Source: Gemmatimonadales bacterium (GTDB lineage Bacteria > Gemmatimonadota > Gemmatimonadetes > Gemmatimonadales > GWC2-71-9). Taken from it: DNA of 57,872 bases. How positions within the stretch are numbered: the first letter of the stretch is position 1; every line of letters begins with the position of its first letter. The translations under genes and the position numbers were made by a program. The stretch spans positions 1 through 57,872 of the forward strand of contig DASUVR010000253.1 in NCBI GenBank assembly GCA_036378855.1, read 5' to 3'. This document shows positions 8,398 to 16,728 of the stretch, in pieces. The notes under the pieces were generated by a model, which was not told the origin of the DNA, made no database searches, and worked only from the letters and a program-made list of their open reading frames with translations.

Positions 8398-11327
8398 ATT
8401 TCGAGCCCACTGTCCAGCAGCGCCTTGCCATCGAGGCCCCCCTGGGTCCGGTGCTGGTCATGGCGGGGCCCGGTGCCGGGAAGACCTACTGTTTGATTTG
8501 TCGGGTCCAGCATCTCATCCAGGAGCTCGGAATTGCGCCTCGCAGGATCCTGGCTGTCACCTTTACCAACAAGGCAGCTGAAGAGATCGCCCTCCGGCTC
8601 CGCGAGGCGCGGGGGTACGCGGCGGAGGACATCACTCGCGGAACGCTTCACGCTCTGTGCTTCAAGGTGCTGCGAGACTTTCCCGAGCAGTGCGGACTGC
8701 GCCCCGGTTTCGGAGTGGCGGACCAGGAGTACCAGCTTGGGGTGTTGAAGCGATTGCGGGTGCCGGAAAAGCGACGGGCCCAGGTCCTGGCCTTGTTCAG
8801 TCTCTATCGTCTGCAGGGACGGTTGCTCGGCGAGCGCGGCACGGCGTTGCTGGGGCGCTATCAGGAGCGTTTGCGTGATCGCAATCTGGCCGACTTCGAC
8901 GATCTGGTCGTTTTGACCGAGCGCCTCCTCCGGACCGATTCCTCCGCGGCAGCCCAGCTCCGCGCCAGGTGGGACTACGTGCTGGTAGACGAGTTTCAGG
9001 ATTTGAGTCCGGTTCAGTACGGCGTCGTTCGGCAGCTGGCGGAGGGACATCGAAATCTCTTCGGGGTGGGTGATGACGAGCAGGCGATTTTTTCCTGGGC
9101 CGGATCGGACCCGCACATCATTCACCGGTTCCGCGACGATTTTGGACTGACCCATCCCATCGTGTTGGACCGAAACTGTCGCTGCTCGGTGCAGATCTTC
9201 GATGCCGCCAAGCGGCTGATTGCCTGTAACCCTCGTCTATTCGAGAAGCAGATCGAGGCTACCCGGGACTCACGATTCGACGTTCAGGTAGAAGCGTTTG
9301 ATAGCGATGAGGATGAAGTCGCCTGGCTGATCGAGGATCTGCGGAGAGACCAGGCCGAGCATGGCGGCGGGTGGGGTGACACTGCCCTGCTGTACCGGTC
9401 CCATCGGCTGGGACGGTACCTGGAGGAGCGGCTGGTCTGCTCCGGCATACCGTGCCGGCTGGCCCAGGGACACGCTCTCACCGACGACAAAATAGTCGGC
9501 TGGGTCATAGCGTCCTTGCAGGTGATCCGATCCCCCGACGACCCGGTTCGGCTCGGAGTTCTGGCCGAGCACGCGCTCCCTCCGGCAGTGCGGCAGGAGG
9601 TATCGAAGAGCTTCGTTCGGGGAAAGGACCTGGTGACCAACCTCAGGAACTTTGCCGCCTCTCGTCCCCGCGGCGATGCGGATGCCCGGCGAGTCTGGCG
9701 GCTCATCTACCACCTCGAAAACCTTCGAGGCATGGCGCGCTCGCATCACACCCTACCCGGATTGGTGGACGAGCTGCTCACCCGTCCGATCGGGGCGGGA
9801 CGCAATCCCCTCGAGGAGCACCATCACGATCTGAGCGATCCGGGAGCATATCCGGGTGCCGCGTTCCTGGCAGGCCAGATCAGCCGCGCCGTTGCCGCAG
9901 GTCAGCGGATCAGCGTGGAGCCGAGTGGGGGCCTGGAGATCCCGCTGGTGGCGATGTTGCGTGCGGCGGGGCTGCCTCAGGCGCAACCTCTCTCCGGCCC
10001 TCAAGACTCCGCTACTTCCGACCTGGTGCTCAGGCCCGCCGAGGGCAGCAGGGGATGGCCGATCCGGCTGTTCAAGGCGCTCCAGCTGATCCAGACCCGC
10101 GGACTCAAGAGCGACTTCGATGATTTTGTCGCCTTCGATCTCGAGACCAGCGATTTCGACATCGAGACTTGCGAGATCGTGGAGATCGCGGCGGTGCGGG
10201 TGCGTCAGCGCGTGGTGGTAGAGCATTTCCATAGCCTCATCGCCTGCTGCCGGCCCATCTCGGCTCCGGCAACCGAGGTGCATGGTTACACCGATCAGGA
10301 TGTCGCCGAAGCACCCCCGCTGGATCAGGTCTGGGCCCGGTTTCGCGCGTTTGTGGGTACCGATCTGCTGGTGGCGCACAACGGACAGGAGTTTGATGTC
10401 CCGGTGCTGCGCCGGCTTTGCCGAGACCTTCCCGGCATCGACGACCTGGTATTCTACGACACCTTACCTCTGGCCAGGTCGCTGGTCGAAGGGAGCGCCA
10501 GACTCACCGAGCTGGCTGCCCGATTCAATGTGGAGGTGGGTCGCGCGCACCACGCCTTCGATGACGCCTACATGCTGGCAGGCGTGGTTCCCGCGCTGAA
10601 CGAGCTGCGAATGAGGCGGGCCCGGAAGATCGCGGCGGTCAATTTGCTCGATCAGCTGGGCCTTGCCCTCGCAGTTGATCCCAACCGCGGAGACGGAGAA
10701 GAGGAAACTCTGCTCCGCGATATCACCCGACCCTTCACCCTTGGCCGCTACAGCGATTGCCTGGAGGGTTACGCCGCAGAGATTGCCCGGGGCGTCGTGG
10801 GCCCCTCGATCGAGGAAGTGGTGGAGCGATTGGGCGGGCGGGTCCTGATGGAGCGTCTCCGGGCTGAGCGAACGGTCTCGGATCGCTATCCCGTGGCGGT
10901 CGAGCGGCTGCGGATGCTGATACAGGCCAGCACGGGAGAGTCGGTGGCCCATCAGATCGATGATCTGCTGAGCCGGGCTGCGCTCTCCACCAGCGCAGGA
11001 GCAGAGACCCACCCGGATCGAGTCAACCTATTGACCCTCCACTCGACCAAGGGACTGGAGTTCTCCCGGGTGTACATCGTGGGGGTCGAAGATCAACAAC
11101 TGCCCGGATGGAAGGCTCTGGAAGAGAATATGGAGGCCGAGATCCAGGAGGCCAGGCGCCTGCTGTATGTCGGTATGACCCGGGCCAAGGACCGGCTCGT
11201 TCTCACCCGAGCCCAGCGCCGGGCCGGCTTGCCGACGGGCGGAAGCCTTTTTCTCACCGAGGCTGGACTGAGCCAACACCAGAGTGGCATACCTCCTGCA
11301 TTAGCCGCCCCCGTCACAATCAGGTAG
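8394..11327 (+). CDS. UvrD/Rep-family SF1 helicase with an internally inserted DEDDh (DnaQ-like) 3'-5' exonuclease domain
   Basis: Helicase motifs: I AGPGAGKTY, II LVDEFQDLSP, III GVGDDEQAIFSWAG, IV LDRNCRC, and V/VI LTLHSTKGLEFSRVYIVG and LLYVGMTRAKDRLVLT. Between motifs IV and V lie exonuclease motifs FDLETSD (about 10135), AHNGQEFDVPVL, and HHAFDDA (about 10548). Confidence 0.9.
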   Translation: MNFEPTVQQRLAIEAPLGPVLVMAGPGAGKTYCLICRVQHLIQELGIAPRRILAVTFTNKAAEEIALRLREARGYAAEDITRGTLHALCFKVLRDFPEQCGLRPGFGVADQEYQLGVLKRLRVPEKRRAQVLALFSLYRLQGRLLGERGTALLGRYQERLRDRNLADFDDLVVLTERLLRTDSSAAAQLRARWDYVLVDEFQDLSPVQYGVVRQLAEGHRNLFGVGDDEQAIFSWAGSDPHIIHRFRDDFGLTHPIVLDRNCRCSVQIFDAAKRLIACNPRLFEKQIEATRDSRFDVQVEAFDSDEDEVAWLIEDLRRDQAEHGGGWGDTALLYRSHRLGRYLEERLVCSGIPCRLAQGHALTDDKIVGWVIASLQVIRSPDDPVRLGVLAEHALPPAVRQEVSKSFVRGKDLVTNLRNFAASRPRGDADARRVWRLIYHLENLRGMARSHHTLPGLVDELLTRPIGAGRNPLEEHHHDLSDPGAYPGAAFLAGQISRAVAAGQRISVEPSGGLEIPLVAMLRAAGLPQAQPLSGPQDSATSDLVLRPAEGSRGWPIRLFKALQLIQTRGLKSDFDDFVAFDLETSDFDIETCEIVEIAAVRVRQRVVVEHFHSLIACCRPISAPATEVHGYTDQDVAEAPPLDQVWARFRAFVGTDLLVAHNGQEFDVPVLRRLCRDLPGIDDLVFYDTLPLARSLVEGSARLTELAARFNVEVGRAHHAFDDAYMLAGVVPALNELRMRRARKIAAVNLLDQLGLALAVDPNRGDGEEETLLRDITRPFTLGRYSDCLEGYAAEIARGVVGPSIEEVVERLGGRVLMERLRAERTVSDRYPVAVERLRMLIQASTGESVAHQIDDLLSRAALSTSAGAETHPDRVNLLTLHSTKGLEFSRVYIVGVEDQQLPGWKALEENMEAEIQEARRLLYVGMTRAKDRLVLTRAQRRAGLPTGGSLFLTEAGLSQHQSGIPPALAAPVTIR

Positions 11328-11334
11328 GTATCCA

Positions 11335-11943
11335 GTGAGGCTCGTCGCTTATGCCCTGCCGCTTCTGGCTGGGGCTCCGAGCGTGATGGCTGCGCAGGTC
11401 ACCATCGCTCTTCCTCGGGTCCAGCGTCCGGTGGTCCGGGCAACGCTTGGCCCCATCTCAGTCGTTGCAACAGTTGGCGGACGGGGCGTGAACCTTCGTG
11501 CTACACCGGGCACCACCCACCCGACAACTCCTACCCACACTGCCGGCGCAGGGCATGCCACCGCCGCCGGCGTTCTGGCCACCGCCAAACGCTATCTGGG
11601 GGCGCACTATCGCTACGGCGGTGAGAGTCCCGTGTCCGGCTTCGACTGCTCCGGGTTTGTCCAGTATGTGTTCGGGCGACACGGTGTCAAACTGCCGCGC
11701 ACTTCCCGCGGGCAGGCATCGGCCGGTAGCCCGGTATCTCTGGATGTGGCCTCGCTCCGTCCCGGTGATCTTCTTCTTTTTGCCAGCACCGGGACCATTG
11801 TCAACCACGTCGCGATTTACGTCGGCAACAACAGAATTCTTCACTCTGCTGCGGGGGCGGGTGGAGTAGTGTACGACGATCTTACCAGCGCCAGGGGAAA
11901 GTGGTACCTGCAGAGGCACGTGGCCTCGCGCCGAGTCCTCTAA
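11335..11943 (+). CDS. C40 family (NlpC/P60) peptidoglycan endopeptidase
   Basis: Signal-like N-terminus. YRYGGESPVSGFDCSGFVQYVF (catalytic Cys), PGDLLLFA, and HVAIYVG (His). GTG start 7 nt after the helicase stop. Confidence 0.88.
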   Translation: MRLVAYALPLLAGAPSVMAAQVTIALPRVQRPVVRATLGPISVVATVGGRGVNLRATPGTTHPTTPTHTAGAGHATAAGVLATAKRYLGAHYRYGGESPVSGFDCSGFVQYVFGRHGVKLPRTSRGQASAGSPVSLDVASLRPGDLLLFASTGTIVNHVAIYVGNNRILHSAAGAGGVVYDDLTSARGKWYLQRHVASRRVL

Positions 11944-12028
11944 GGAGGTAAACTCACTCTTCTTCTCCGATCATCCTAACCTTCATAGATTGATTCGGGT
12001 CGCTGTCACTCGCCCGGAGCCTGCCACC

Positions 12029-12589
12029 ATGCCTCGCATCGCGCCACTCGAGATCGAAGCCGCGTCCCCTCAGGCGAGAACCGCGGCCGAAGCCCACGTT
12101 CGCAATCATGCTCGCATGACCAACATGAAGCGAACGCTGCTTCACTCGTTGCCCGCATTCGAAGCCCTGATGCAGTGGTATCCCCTGCGCGACGCAGTGC
12201 AACCCATTTTGGGCGAGCGACTGACCACGCTGTTTGCCCACGCAATCTCTTCCGAAACCGACTGCCTGATTTGCTCCACGTTCTTTCGCCGGATGCTCAT
12301 TCAAACCGGGGAGAACCCTGATCGCCTCAAGCTCGATGAGCGGGAAAGCGCGGTGCTCGACTTTGGCCGGGCCTTGGCGGTGTCTCCCTTCACGGTGTCC
12401 GACGAGGTGTATCAACGACTCGCGTCTGACTTCACCCCGGCTCAGATCGTGGTACTCACCGCGTTTGGAGCGCTGATGGTGGCAACCAACGTTGTCAACA
12501 ATGCGCTCGAGGTGGATCTGGACGAGTATCTCCAGCCCTATCGCAAGGGGGTACGGGAGAGTGCGGCCGGCATGGGACCGCAGCGGTGA
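12029..12589 (+). CDS. carboxymuconolactone decarboxylase (AhpD-like) family protein
   Basis: MPRIAPLE...LHSLPAFEALMQWYPL...FAHAISSETDCLICSTFF (CxxC in an AhpD-like fold context). Internal ATG chosen at 12029. Confidence 0.7.
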   Translation: MPRIAPLEIEAASPQARTAAEAHVRNHARMTNMKRTLLHSLPAFEALMQWYPLRDAVQPILGERLTTLFAHAISSETDCLICSTFFRRMLIQTGENPDRLKLDERESAVLDFGRALAVSPFTVSDEVYQRLASDFTPAQIVVLTAFGALMVATNVVNNALEVDLDEYLQPYRKGVRESAAGMGPQR

Positions 12590-13392
12590 TGGGAGAGTTC
12601 TCCGGAAAGGTCGCCTTCATCACCGGCGCGGCACACGGGCAGGGAAGAGCAACCGCGCTGGCCCTGGCCCGGGAAGGCGCCCTGATCGGTGCCTTCGACA
12701 TCGCTCGTCCGCTGAGCTACCCGGGCTATGACATGGGCACCCGCGACGACTTGGCCTCACTGGCTGAGGAGTGCCGGGAGCTCGGTACTGGGTGCCTCAC
12801 CTTTCAAGGCGACGTGCGCGACGATGTTGCTATTACAGCTGCGGTCAGCGCGGTGGTGTCTCAGTTCGGACGGATCGACGTTCTCTTCAACAATGCCGGG
12901 ATCTGTGCCTACGGGCTGGCTCACGAGCTGACTGAAGAGGCGTGGGACACCATGCTGGACATCAATCTCAAAGGGTCCTGGCTGGTGGCTCGTCGGGTGA
13001 TTCCGGTGATGATTGCTCAGAAGTCCGGTGTCATCATCAACAATTCCTCGGTGGCGGGGCTCAGGGGAATGGGTCGCCTCAGTCATTATGCCGCCTCCAA
13101 GTGGGGACTTACCGGCCTGACCAAATCGTGGGCCATCGAACTGGCGCCCCACGGCATCCGGGTCAATTCTTTGCACCCCACAGGGGTAAACACCCCAATG
13201 AACGACGGGTTGGCCGCGTTGGAAGGGCTGACCCCGGCCCAGATCGCCGAACGTTCGGCCGGCAACCTGCTGCCGGTTCCCTGGGTTGAACCGGAGGACG
13301 TAGCCCAGGCTGTGCTTTATCTCGCTTCCGATCGTGCCCGCTATGTCACCGGAGCCCCTTTGATCCTGGACGCGGGCCTGCTCAGCCGCTGA
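12586..13392 (+). CDS. SDR family oxidoreductase, mycofactocin-coupled/carveol-dehydrogenase-like subgroup
   Basis: GKVAFITGAAHGQGRA (TGxxxGxG), an insert ARPLSYPGYDMGTRDDLASLAEE typical of that subgroup, NNAG, and SHYAASKWG (YxxxK). The start is GTG 12586 or ATG 12589, overlapping the upstream TGA. Confidence 0.85.
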   Translation: MMGEFSGKVAFITGAAHGQGRATALALAREGALIGAFDIARPLSYPGYDMGTRDDLASLAEECRELGTGCLTFQGDVRDDVAITAAVSAVVSQFGRIDVLFNNAGICAYGLAHELTEEAWDTMLDINLKGSWLVARRVIPVMIAQKSGVIINNSSVAGLRGMGRLSHYAASKWGLTGLTKSWAIELAPHGIRVNSLHPTGVNTPMNDGLAALEGLTPAQIAERSAGNLLPVPWVEPEDVAQAVLYLASDRARYVTGAPLILDAGLLSR

Positions 13393-13493
13393 GAATCTCC
13401 CGCCCCGGCCAACGTCAGTTATGTTCCGTGGTGTAAAGTCGTTTCGTAGCCGGCACTATCTTCGCGCTCCGCTTGCGCGTGCTCGAGGAAGAG

Positions 13494-13898
13494 ATGTACG
13501 CCACTATTCGTCGGTATAGTCCCAAGAACGGCGCGGTCAACAAGGCTTCGCTGGAGCTTCTGCGCCGTCAGATTCACGATGACTTTCTGCCCATCCTGCA
13601 GCAGATCCCCGGGTTCAGAGGGTACTATGTCGTCAGCGTGGAGAACCGGGAAGTGCTCACCCTGAGTCTCTACGACACCCTCGAAGGCTCCGCGGAGTCG
13701 AGCCGCTGCGTCGCCGAGTACACCCTGAGAAACCCGTTGGTGTTCGAGCTGGGCAAGCCTGAGGTCACCGAAGGAGAAGTGCTTACCAGCGCGGCGGCAG
13801 CGGCTCCGGCTGAACCGGCTGAAGCGGCTGCCGCCACCGCGCTCGCCTTGTGGTACGAGGAATCACGGGCTATGCTTCTTTCGGCACCGGAGGGGTAG
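13494..13898 (+). CDS. hypothetical protein, ABM/dimeric alpha-beta-barrel-like
   Basis: MYATIRRYSPKNGAV...FLPILQQIPGFRGYYVVSVENREVLTLSLYDTLEGSAES resembles antibiotic-biosynthesis-monooxygenase-like small barrels. It has an Ala-rich tail. Family assignment is tentative. Confidence 0.55.
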   Translation: MYATIRRYSPKNGAVNKASLELLRRQIHDDFLPILQQIPGFRGYYVVSVENREVLTLSLYDTLEGSAESSRCVAEYTLRNPLVFELGKPEVTEGEVLTSAAAAAPAEPAEAAAATALALWYEESRAMLLSAPEG

Positions 13899-13928
13899 CC
13901 GACCTGACTCAACCCTTCCTGCTTTCAG

Positions 13929-13960
13929 GGGGCCGGCACTGGCGTCGGCCCCTTTGCTTT
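13929..13960 (+). terminator. rho-independent terminator
   Basis: Stem GGGGCCG (13929-13935) / CGGCCCC (13946-13952), followed by TTTGCTTTCTCTC. Confidence 0.55.
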
Positions 13961-13982
13961 CTCTCTCGATGGGGGCCCCTGA

Positions 13983-14183
13983 ATGACTGAAGTGAAGCTG
14001 AGTGACGAGGACAGCTTGGAGCGCGCGCTCAAGGTTTTTAAGCGGAAGCTTCAAAAGTCCGGTCTCTTCGGCGAACTCAGAAGGCGCCGGCACTACGTAA
14101 AGCCCAGTGAAGCTCGAGCCATCAAGAGTGCAGCTGCCTTGCGGCGCAAGCGGAAGAAAAAGGTGACCAGCGATTCCTGGTAA
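13983..14183 (+). CDS. rpsU: 30S ribosomal protein S21
   Basis: MTEVKLSDEDSLERALKVFKRKLQKSGLFGELRRRRHYVKPSEARAIKSAAALRRKRKKK is a textbook bS21 sequence. Confidence 0.95.
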   Translation: MTEVKLSDEDSLERALKVFKRKLQKSGLFGELRRRRHYVKPSEARAIKSAAALRRKRKKKVTSDSW

Positions 14184-14204
14184 AGGTTGCTGATTGTCCC
14201 GACA

Positions 14205-14244
14205 GAAAAAATCCGGAGCCAGGTTGGCTCCGGATTCGTGTTTT
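14205..14244. terminator. bidirectional rho-independent terminator between rpsU and the convergent DUF1097 gene
   Basis: Perfect 11-bp stem ATCCGGAGCCA (14211-14221) / TGGCTCCGGAT (14225-14235). It is flanked by A6 upstream and TCGTGTTTT downstream. Confidence 0.8.
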
Positions 14245-14261
14245 AGGGTGGGAATACCTGG

Positions 14262-14732
14262 TCAAACCGCAGCGCTCCGTCGAGTCATGGCTCCGGCAAG
14301 CATCTCCGACACGTAACCCAGAATAGCTCCAATGACCAGCGCAATCACCGTCTTGCTCCAGCTCCCGTTGGCTCCAACAACGACGCTCACCGCGGTGGCA
14401 GCGCCCAGGAACGCGCCGGGAATGAACGACAGAGCCGGGATTTTGGCCTGAAGAACCATGAACAGAGCAGCCACTCCCACCAGGACAGACAGCACCGGGA
14501 CCCCACCCCCGAGGCTCTTCCACGCGCTGAGCGCCAAAAAGGCCCACAGCACCCCGGACAGATTGGACGCGATGGTCTTACTGAGTCCGGTGGTCTTACC
14601 GCCGGCAGCAAAAAAGCAGCCCCACGCCACGATACCAGCCCAGACCGGCAAAGCTGCCACTCCCAGCGCAACGTACGTCCATCCGGTTATCAGAATACCG
14701 ATGCTGATGGCAAGTGCGACGAGCACGTCCAT
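14262..14732 (-). CDS. DUF1097 family integral membrane protein
   Basis: MDVLVALAISIGILITGWTYVALG..PVWAGIVAWGCFFAAGGKTTGLSKTIASNLSG, about 5 TM helices. The ATG at 14732 is preceded by GGAGGT. Confidence 0.75.
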   Translation of the reverse strand: MDVLVALAISIGILITGWTYVALGVAALPVWAGIVAWGCFFAAGGKTTGLSKTIASNLSGVLWAFLALSAWKSLGGGVPVLSVLVGVAALFMVLQAKIPALSFIPGAFLGAATAVSVVVGANGSWSKTVIALVIGAILGYVSEMLAGAMTRRSAAV

Positions 14733-14883
14733 GGGCCACCTCCGGCGGAAGGGGACTGCAATGGTCGATCCCGTCACTCAAAGCGGGGAAGGACCGGACG
14801 TAACGCCTTGAACTCGTTCGGTGGGAGTGTTGGCTAGGCTACCACCCGGATCCTAAGCCGTCAAGATCGACCCGCTTTCTGCC

Positions 14884-16671
14884 TTATCGCTGCTCGACCT
14901 CGGCGCGCAGGCGAAGCAGTGCGTCTTCGGTGGCAACCAGCTCGGCGCGGGCCTCGTTGAGGCGCTGCTGTTGGCTCTGAACAAACCGGCGGTATGGGCC
15001 TATGGCCTCGTTGATTCGTGCGCTGGACTGCTCCAGCTCCAGATGAACCTGGCGGGTGAGTGCGTCCTTGAGGCCTGTTCGAAGCTCCGAAATTCGCCGC
15101 TGGAAATCTCGCTGAGACTGGCGGCGTTTGCGGGGAAGGACGTAGAACCCGCCGACGGCGAGTGCCGCTGCCAGTAAGATTCCGGTCACATCAGCCGCTG
15201 CGCCGGTAACGACGGTGACCACAATGGTCCCCAAGCCGAGCGCACCAGCCTCAGCCAGCGCGGTGGTGGCGAAGGCACCCTGGATTTCATTGGCAATGGT
15301 TCGCGACTCGGCTTCCCGATTGTAGCTCCCCACCACTTCGCGGGAGACCCGCCCGATGGAGTCGAGCAGGGCTTGGCGATTGTAGCCGAAGCTGGGGCCG
15401 ACATCGCCGATCATGCCCTCATGGTGCCGGGTGAGCTGCCGCCGCTCGATGTAGCCGCTGATATCCTGCCACAGCCGATGATTCCGTTCCACGATCCAAT
15501 CGATGACCCGGCCAACCTCCTCCTCAATGGACTTCGGCGTATCGCCGATAACCTCCCGTTCGAATGATCGTTTGATGCCCTCGCTGTCCATCAGGCTCCG
15601 GATCCGCCCGATCCGAATGGTCTCCTCGAAGAATCGCGTTCCGCGGTTCTCCATCTCTCCCAGCAGGACGTCGAGCCTGGTGAGGCGGGGCTCGAAGTCG
15701 CGCAGCATCTCCTGATGAAACAGTGCGAGCTGCTGGTCGATGTTTTGCAGCGCCTCGACGTCCTGGGCCAGCAGCTTGAGCCGCTCGAAGGTGGCGTCCT
15801 TGTACTTGGAGGCCAGACGCAGCCCGACGTTGAGCGGATTCAACAGCTTGAGCCGGACCCTCTCCTGCTGGTCCAGGGTATTGAGAAGGAAGTCCTCGAC
15901 TCGTTCGAAGCCACTGCTCTCCCAGAGCTCTGAGGCTACCGGTTCGACTGCGCCGCCGCGGGCCTCCTGCGCCTGCCGCGCACTCACGGCGAAGATTTCC
16001 GGGGTTTCACCCAGCAAGGCTCCAGCATTTTCTCCGACGAACCGTATGACCTCTTCGCGCTCCTGGGGTCGCGGAAGAATGTCGATCTTGTTGACGATGA
16101 AGACGATCTTCTTGCCCCACTCGCGGATCTGCTCCAGGAAAGCCCGCTCACTCTCGGTAAAAGGCCGGTCTGCCGAGGTGACGAACAGGACCAGGTCGGA
16201 TCGGGGAACGAAGTCCCGGGTCAGTTCCTCGTGTCGCCGAATGATCGCGTTGGTGCCCGGGGTGTCGACGATGCTGATCTCGCGAAGCACCTCAGCCGGA
16301 TGGGTACGCTCCAGCAGGTACGCCTCCCGCAGCTGATCGGTGATCTCCGGACCGTGCCGGAGAACGTTGATCCGATCGGTCGTTGGAGTTACTCCCTCCG
16401 GCAACACGCGCTCGCCCAGGAGGGCATTGATGAAGCTGGATTTCCCGGAGTTGAACTCGCCGGCCACAACCAGCAGAAAAAGACCAGTGAGCTGTTCGCG
16501 TGCCTCATGGAATCGGCGCAGATCCTCGGCCGCTACGTCCGAACCGAACCGCTCGAGTGCAGTCGCCAAGCGCTGCAGCAGCTCCTGTTCACGCACCCGA
16601 AGCTCCTGCTCTCGCTTGGACAGAATTCCCTTTCGCGCCAGCAGCCTGCCGATCACGGTGCCTCCGGGCAC
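14884..16671 (-). CDS. bacterial dynamin-like GTPase (dynamin family protein)
   Basis: G1 GEFNSGKSSFINALLG, G3 IVDTPGTNAI, G4 IVNKIDIL. A long helical stalk is followed by a hydrophobic paddle (LGTIVVTVVTGAAADVTGILLAAALAVGGFYVL) near the C-terminus. Confidence 0.88.
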   Translation of the reverse strand: MPGGTVIGRLLARKGILSKREQELRVREQELLQRLATALERFGSDVAAEDLRRFHEAREQLTGLFLLVVAGEFNSGKSSFINALLGERVLPEGVTPTTDRINVLRHGPEITDQLREAYLLERTHPAEVLREISIVDTPGTNAIIRRHEELTRDFVPRSDLVLFVTSADRPFTESERAFLEQIREWGKKIVFIVNKIDILPRPQEREEVIRFVGENAGALLGETPEIFAVSARQAQEARGGAVEPVASELWESSGFERVEDFLLNTLDQQERVRLKLLNPLNVGLRLASKYKDATFERLKLLAQDVEALQNIDQQLALFHQEMLRDFEPRLTRLDVLLGEMENRGTRFFEETIRIGRIRSLMDSEGIKRSFEREVIGDTPKSIEEEVGRVIDWIVERNHRLWQDISGYIERRQLTRHHEGMIGDVGPSFGYNRQALLDSIGRVSREVVGSYNREAESRTIANEIQGAFATTALAEAGALGLGTIVVTVVTGAAADVTGILLAAALAVGGFYVLPRKRRQSQRDFQRRISELRTGLKDALTRQVHLELEQSSARINEAIGPYRRFVQSQQQRLNEARAELVATEDALLRLRAEVEQR

Positions 16672-16728
16672 GGGGTCAGTTAGCGGACTCAGACAATGGT
16701 GCAGCTAGGAAGGCGCTGGGGTAAGGCT

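Noticed and set aside
14884-16671. The dynamin-like GTPase as an anti-phage 'dynamin' defence system.
   Set aside because: As I recall them, the described defence versions consist of two or more adjacent dynamin-like genes. Only one is present here, and its neighbours (UDG, DUF1097) are not defence-associated. I kept it only as a low-interest adjacency note.
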